Of a stretch of 33,201 bases of DNA, positions 30,335-33,201 are shown one piece after another. Every line of letters starts with the position of its first letter. Within the stretch, counting starts at the first letter, position 1. Under the pieces are notes generated by a model. It was not told where the DNA came from. It worked only from the letters and a program-made list of their open reading frames with translations, and made no database searches. Origin of the DNA: Kiritimatiellia bacterium (GTDB lineage Bacteria > Verrucomicrobiota > Kiritimatiellia > CAIKKV01 > CAITUY01); assembly GCA_044359285.1 (NCBI GenBank), contig JBIKMI010000002.1:1-33201 (forward strand), written 5' to 3'. The position numbers were made by a program, and so were the translations under genes.

Positions 30335-30382
30335 ATCTATTCCTCAACAACTGATTCGCGGACATCCCGCCAAACCGTAGGG

Positions 30383-30934
30383 TTACTGCCGCTCAACCTG
30401 CCAGTACTCCAATTCCACGGGGGCCGTGCGACCAAAAATCGCAACCGACACTTTAAGCTTCCCGCGATCCGCATCCACCTCGTCCACTGTCCCTGTGAAA
30501 TTCATGAAGGGGCCATCTGTAATTTTGACCGTTTCGCCGATGTCATAAATCACTTTTGGCTTGACCTTCTCCTTTTTCTCTTCCACCTGGAACAACAGCC
30601 GCTCCACTTCGTCAGGTCGTAGAGGCGCCGGCCGATCTCCACCCACAAATCCGATCACCCCGGGAGTTTCCCGGATAAAGTACCAAACAGTCTCAATCAC
30701 CTTGCGATCATCCCCATACAGGGACATGCTCACCAGCACGTATCCCGGAAAGAATTTGCGGGTGACGACACTTTTGACGCCTTTTTTGGTCTCAGACACT
30801 TTTTCCGTTGGGATCAGGACCTGATCCACATAACTGCGCATCTCTTCCTTGTCCAGGCGGCGCTCAATGCTTTCCTTGACCTTCGCCTCCTGGCCAGTCA
30901 ACGTATGCAGAACAAACCATTGTTTTTCACTCAT
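30383..30934 (-). CDS. nusG: Transcription termination/antitermination factor NusG (housekeeping copy).
   Basis: It contains WFVLHTLTGQEAKVKESIE, FPGYVLV and TPGVIGFVGG, plus a KOW segment GETVKITDGPFMNFTGTV. It is in the conserved secE-nusG-rplK position. Confidence 0.95.
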   Translation of the reverse strand: MSEKQWFVLHTLTGQEAKVKESIERRLDKEEMRSYVDQVLIPTEKVSETKKGVKSVVTRKFFPGYVLVSMSLYGDDRKVIETVWYFIRETPGVIGFVGGDRPAPLRPDEVERLLFQVEEKKEKVKPKVIYDIGETVKITDGPFMNFTGTVDEVDADRGKLKVSVAIFGRTAPVELEYWQVERQ

Positions 30935-30958
30935 GAAAACCCCGGACTTGCTATAAAG

Positions 30959-31165
30959 TTAACGATGCGCCAGCAAGCCGATTGCCTGCCCCAACACCAG
31001 ATCACACAAACCTACGAACACCGCAAACAATACCACCGACACGATCACCACCACGGTGGACTCAATCAACTCCCCGCGTGTAGGCCAGGTTGACTTAAGA
31101 AGTTCATTCTTCACGTCGGCAAGAAAAAACTTTGTCTTCTGAAAGCTGTCGGCAATTTTACTCAC
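30959..31165 (-). CDS. secE: Preprotein translocase subunit SecE (single transmembrane helix, 68 aa).
   Basis: The ORF-track ORF (to 31246) would read through tRNA-Trp. An in-frame GTG at 31165 has a GGAG 7 nt upstream. It gives (M)SKIADSFQKTKFFLADVKNELLKSTWPTRGELIESTVVVIVSVVLFAVFVGLCD..., which contains the typical SecE KVxWP-like motif plus a transmembrane helix. Confidence 0.85.
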   Translation of the reverse strand: MSKIADSFQKTKFFLADVKNELLKSTWPTRGELIESTVVVIVSVVLFAVFVGLCDLVLGQAIGLLAHR

Positions 31166-31185
31166 AAGATTACTCCGCACTGATT

Positions 31186-31261
31186 TGGCAGGCCAGGAGG
31201 GCATCGAACCCCCAACCTCCGGTTTTGGAGACCGGCGCTCTGCCAATTGAGCTACTGGCCT
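31186..31261 (-). tRNA. trnW: tRNA-Trp (anticodon CCA), with the 3' CCA encoded.
   Basis: The minus strand reads AGGCCAGTAGCTCAATTGGCAGAGCGCCGGTCTCCAAAACCGGAGGTTGGGGGTTCGATGCCCTCCTGGCCTGCCA. It folds into a cloverleaf with a 7-bp acceptor stem, a CU-CCA-AA anticodon loop and a GGTTCGAT T-arm. Confidence 0.93.
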
Positions 31262-31276
31262 GTATCAGGCTAACCC

Positions 31277-31429
31277 TTACCGGGTTTCCTTATGCACCGT
31301 ATGCTTCTTCTCGAAACGACAAAACTTCTTAATCTCCATACGATCCGGAGTAAGCCGTTTGTTTTTCGTAGTTGTATAATTCCGCCGCTTGCACTCGGTA
31401 CAAGCGAGAGTGACCAGTTCCCTCGGCAT
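31277..31429 (-). CDS. rpmG: 50S ribosomal protein L33.
   Basis: I translated this by hand because it is below the cutoff, and the 67-aa track ORF at 31270-31473 is in the wrong frame. The product is [50 protein letters not shown] (50 aa). The ATG is at 31429 and the TAA at 31279-31277. Confidence 0.92.
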   Translation of the reverse strand: MPRELVTLACTECKRRNYTTTKNKRLTPDRMEIKKFCRFEKKHTVHKETR

Positions 31430-31451
31430 TTCAAACCATCCTTATGGGCAC

Positions 31452-31467
31452 GGGCGGCGAACCGCCC
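31452..31467 (-). other. GC-rich hairpin with a UUCG tetraloop in the tuf-rpmG spacer.
   Basis: The minus strand reads GGGCGG-UUCG-CCGCCC, a perfect 6-bp stem. No U-tract follows it, so it is not a canonical terminator. Confidence 0.5.
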
Positions 31468-31501
31468 GACCACTATTGTCCGACCAGAGCCGGACGATTA
31501 T

Positions 31502-32710
31502 TTATTGCAGAATTTCAGACACGGTACCGGCACCCACCGTACGCCCACCCTCACGGATGGCGAAACGCATGGACTTCTCCATGGCGATCGGGGCAATCAG
31601 CGTCACCGTCATGCTGATATTGTCACCAGGCATCACCATTTCCACGCCGTCAGGCAGCGTGATGTCGCCCGTCACATCCGTTGTCCGGAAGTAGAACTGA
31701 GGACGATAGCCCTTGAAGAACGGCGTATGACGACCCCCTTCTTCCTTGCTCAGCACGTACACTTCACACTTGAATGTCGTATGGGGCGTGATCGAACCCG
31801 GCTTGGCCAACACCTGGCCGCGCTCAACATCTTCCTTCTTGGTGCTGCGCAACAGGCAACCGACGTTATCGCCAGCCTGACCCTGATCCAACAGCTTGCG
31901 GAACATCTCCACACCGGTGACGGTCGTCTTCACCGTCGGCTTCAACCCGACGATCTCGACATCCTCACCGACCTTGATAATGCCACGCTCGATACGGCCG
32001 GTCACCACGGTGCCACGACCTTCGATCGAGAACACATCTTCAATCGAAAGCAGAAACGCCTGATCGATCACACGCACGGGTTCCGGAATAAAGGTATCCA
32101 GCGCATTCATCAATTCCTTGATGCAATTGCAGCCGGGATCATCCGCCGTGGTTGCCTTGATGGCGCCCAGAGCGCTCCCGCGAATAATCGGGGTATCGTC
32201 ACCGGGATAGTCGTACTTGCTCAGCAATTCGCGGATTTCGAGCTCAACCAGATCCAGCAGCTCGGGATCATCCACGGTATCAACCTTGTTCAGGAAGACG
32301 ACAACCTTCGGCACGCCGACCTGACGGGCAAGCAGAATGTGCTCGCGAGTCTGGGGCATCGGACCATCCGAGGCGCTGACCACCAGAATGGCGCCATCCA
32401 TCTGCGCCGCACCCGTGATCATGTTCTTGACATAGTCAGCATGCCCCGGGCAGTCAACATGGGCATAATGCCGGGCCTCTGAACTGTACTCCACGTGCGA
32501 GGTCGCAATGGTCAGAATTTTGGTGGGATCGCGCCGGCCCTGGGATTCCGAGGCCTTGGCAACCTGATCATACTTGATATACGTGCTCAACCCGCGCAGG
32601 GACTGCACATAGGTAAGGGCCGCCGTTAGGGTGGTCTTACCATGGTCAACGTGCCCGATCGTACCCACATTCACATGCGGCTTGGTTCTGCTAAATGTTT
32701 CTTTCGCCAT
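31502..32710 (-). CDS. tuf: Elongation factor Tu.
   Basis: The product is 402 aa and contains [18 protein letters not shown] and NKVD, with a highly conserved C-terminal two-thirds. An AGGAG lies 8 nt upstream of the ATG. Confidence 0.97.
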   Translation of the reverse strand: MAKETFSRTKPHVNVGTIGHVDHGKTTLTAALTYVQSLRGLSTYIKYDQVAKASESQGRRDPTKILTIATSHVEYSSEARHYAHVDCPGHADYVKNMITGAAQMDGAILVVSASDGPMPQTREHILLARQVGVPKVVVFLNKVDTVDDPELLDLVELEIRELLSKYDYPGDDTPIIRGSALGAIKATTADDPGCNCIKELMNALDTFIPEPVRVIDQAFLLSIEDVFSIEGRGTVVTGRIERGIIKVGEDVEIVGLKPTVKTTVTGVEMFRKLLDQGQAGDNVGCLLRSTKKEDVERGQVLAKPGSITPHTTFKCEVYVLSKEEGGRHTPFFKGYRPQFYFRTTDVTGDITLPDGVEMVMPGDNISMTVTLIAPIAMEKSMRFAIREGGRTVGAGTVSEILQ

Positions 32711-32779
32711 AGTCGTACTCCTAATTTATTCTCTTTTTCAGTTCCACTTTGACCAGCCATTCCGGCCATACCAAAATCA

Positions 32780-32855
32780 TGGAGCCCACGAGCGGGATCG
32801 AACCGCTGACCTCGTCCTTACCAAGGACGTGCTCTACCAACTGAGCTACGGGGGC
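32780..32855 (-). tRNA. trnT: tRNA-Thr (anticodon GGU), with the 3' CCA encoded.
   Basis: The minus strand reads GCCCCCGTAGCTCAGTTGGTAGAGCACGTCCTTGGTAAGGACGAGGTCAGCGGTTCGATCCCGCTCGTGGGCTCCA. The anticodon stem CGTCC/GGACG carries the loop TT-GGT-AA. The acceptor stem has one C5-U68 mismatch. Confidence 0.9.
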
Positions 32856-33000
32856 CTCGCGATCATTCCCTTTTAGCTACCGACAAACACAAAAAGACGA
32901 GTTCCTGTTGCCTTCATCAAATCCGACAACGGGAAATTCGCTCCCTGCCACGTTCTTCACGCGCAACTTATGGACTCATCCACCCAAAAACAGACCGCAA

Positions 33001-33060
33001 AAGTTACCATATGCCGGATTTCTGTCAACAGGATAATTATCTTTTTTGATTATTTTAAAT
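33001..33060 (-). promoter_or_regulatory. Candidate strong sigma70-type promoter with a UP element, driving tRNA-Thr, tuf and downstream genes.
   Basis: The minus strand has TTGACA (33028-33023), a 16-nt spacer ending in TGG (an extended -10 TGn), and TAACTT (33006-33001). Immediately upstream is a stretch of about 30 nt rich in A and T (AAATTTAAAATAATCAAAAAAGATAATTATCC). It lies about 140 nt upstream of the tRNA-Thr 5' end. Confidence 0.6.
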
Positions 33061-33078
33061 TTCAACCCGGCCGATCCC

Positions 33079-33201
33079 TCATCCCTGCCCTGGTCTCGCC
33101 TCAGCGGGCCGGGTAATCGTTGTGAAGTACATTTCGCCACTTTCCGCATTCCGGATATCAAAATCCTCCACATGCCGTACGGGATCTGCCCGGAAACTCA
33201 A
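33079..33201 (-). CDS. Possible 3' end of an upstream gene of unknown function.
   Basis: A frame open from the window edge reads ...FRADPVRHVEDFDIRNAESGEMYFTTITRPAEARPGQG and ends in a TGA at 33081-33079, just upstream of the UP element. With only 40 codons visible, neither the frame choice nor the function can be established. Confidence 0.3.
   Translation of the reverse strand: MSFRADPVRHVEDFDIRNAESGEMYFTTITRPAEARPGQG

Noticed and set aside
31166-31246. The extended SecE ORF (95 aa) that starts at 31246.
   Set aside because: It would be translated through the tRNA-Trp gene (31186-31261). The GTG at 31165 with a GGAG Shine-Dalgarno gives a normal 68-aa SecE.
31270-31473. A 67-aa minus-strand ORF ([16 protein letters not shown]...).
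   Set aside because: It is in the wrong frame over rpmG. The adjacent frame gives a textbook L33 sequence.
32856-33000. A search for further tRNAs (the Tyr/Gly/Thr set often found upstream of tuf) or a structured RNA in the leader of about 135 nt.
   Set aside because: I could find no cloverleaf-compatible acceptor and T-arm pairing, or GTTCGA-type T-loop, in this stretch on either strand.
32976-33173. A 65-aa minus-strand ORF upstream of tRNA-Thr.
   Set aside because: It runs through the A/T-rich UP element and the -35/-10 promoter region. Its product is a basic low-complexity peptide. A different frame looks more like the true end of the upstream gene.
1-33201. Mobile elements, CRISPR arrays, defence or toxin-antitoxin systems, and compositional islands.
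   Set aside because: I saw no direct-repeat arrays, inverted terminal repeats, or transposase-, integrase- or nuclease-like ORFs. Every ORF over 60 aa outside the annotated genes is a shadow frame. Base composition looks uniform apart from the promoter UP element.

Overview
This window is almost entirely a bacterial translation and transcription super-cluster, and every gene I can support lies on the minus strand. In transcription order (high to low coordinates) it reads: a promoter with a UP element, tRNA-Thr(GGU), tuf, rpmG, tRNA-Trp(CCA), secE, nusG, rplKAJL, rpoB, rpoC, rpsL, rpsG and fusA. These are followed by the S10 block (rpsJ to rpsQ), the spc block (rplN to rplO, then secY, adk, map), the alpha block (rpmJ, rpsM, rpsK, rpsD, rpoA, rplQ) and a clear intrinsic terminator. 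That makes 43 protein genes and 2 tRNAs in about 31.4 kb, with no intergenic gap over 93 nt. Downstream of the terminator sit a specialised NusG paralogue and a 5'-complete, 3'-truncated carboxynorspermidine decarboxylase (nspC). I recovered nspC by hand because it runs off the window edge. I also hand-called rpmJ, rpmG, both tRNAs and a GTG-start secE, and trimmed several over-extended N-termini in the ORF track. I saw no CRISPR arrays, IS elements, integrases or rRNA. The gene order and an unusual EF-Tu switch-I region make me suspect a PVC-superphylum-like organism, but that is only a weak inference. The most unusual item is a 160-aa non-ribosomal ORF with an exported or membrane-anchored N-terminus, a coiled coil and an MreC-like beta domain. 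It is wedged with 3-nt and 10-nt spacers between rpsS and rplV inside the S10 operon. The second is the NusG paralogue and nspC module, which starts within a few nucleotides of the rplQ terminator U-tract. All homology statements rest on my reading of the translations and my memory of the families. No database search was run.
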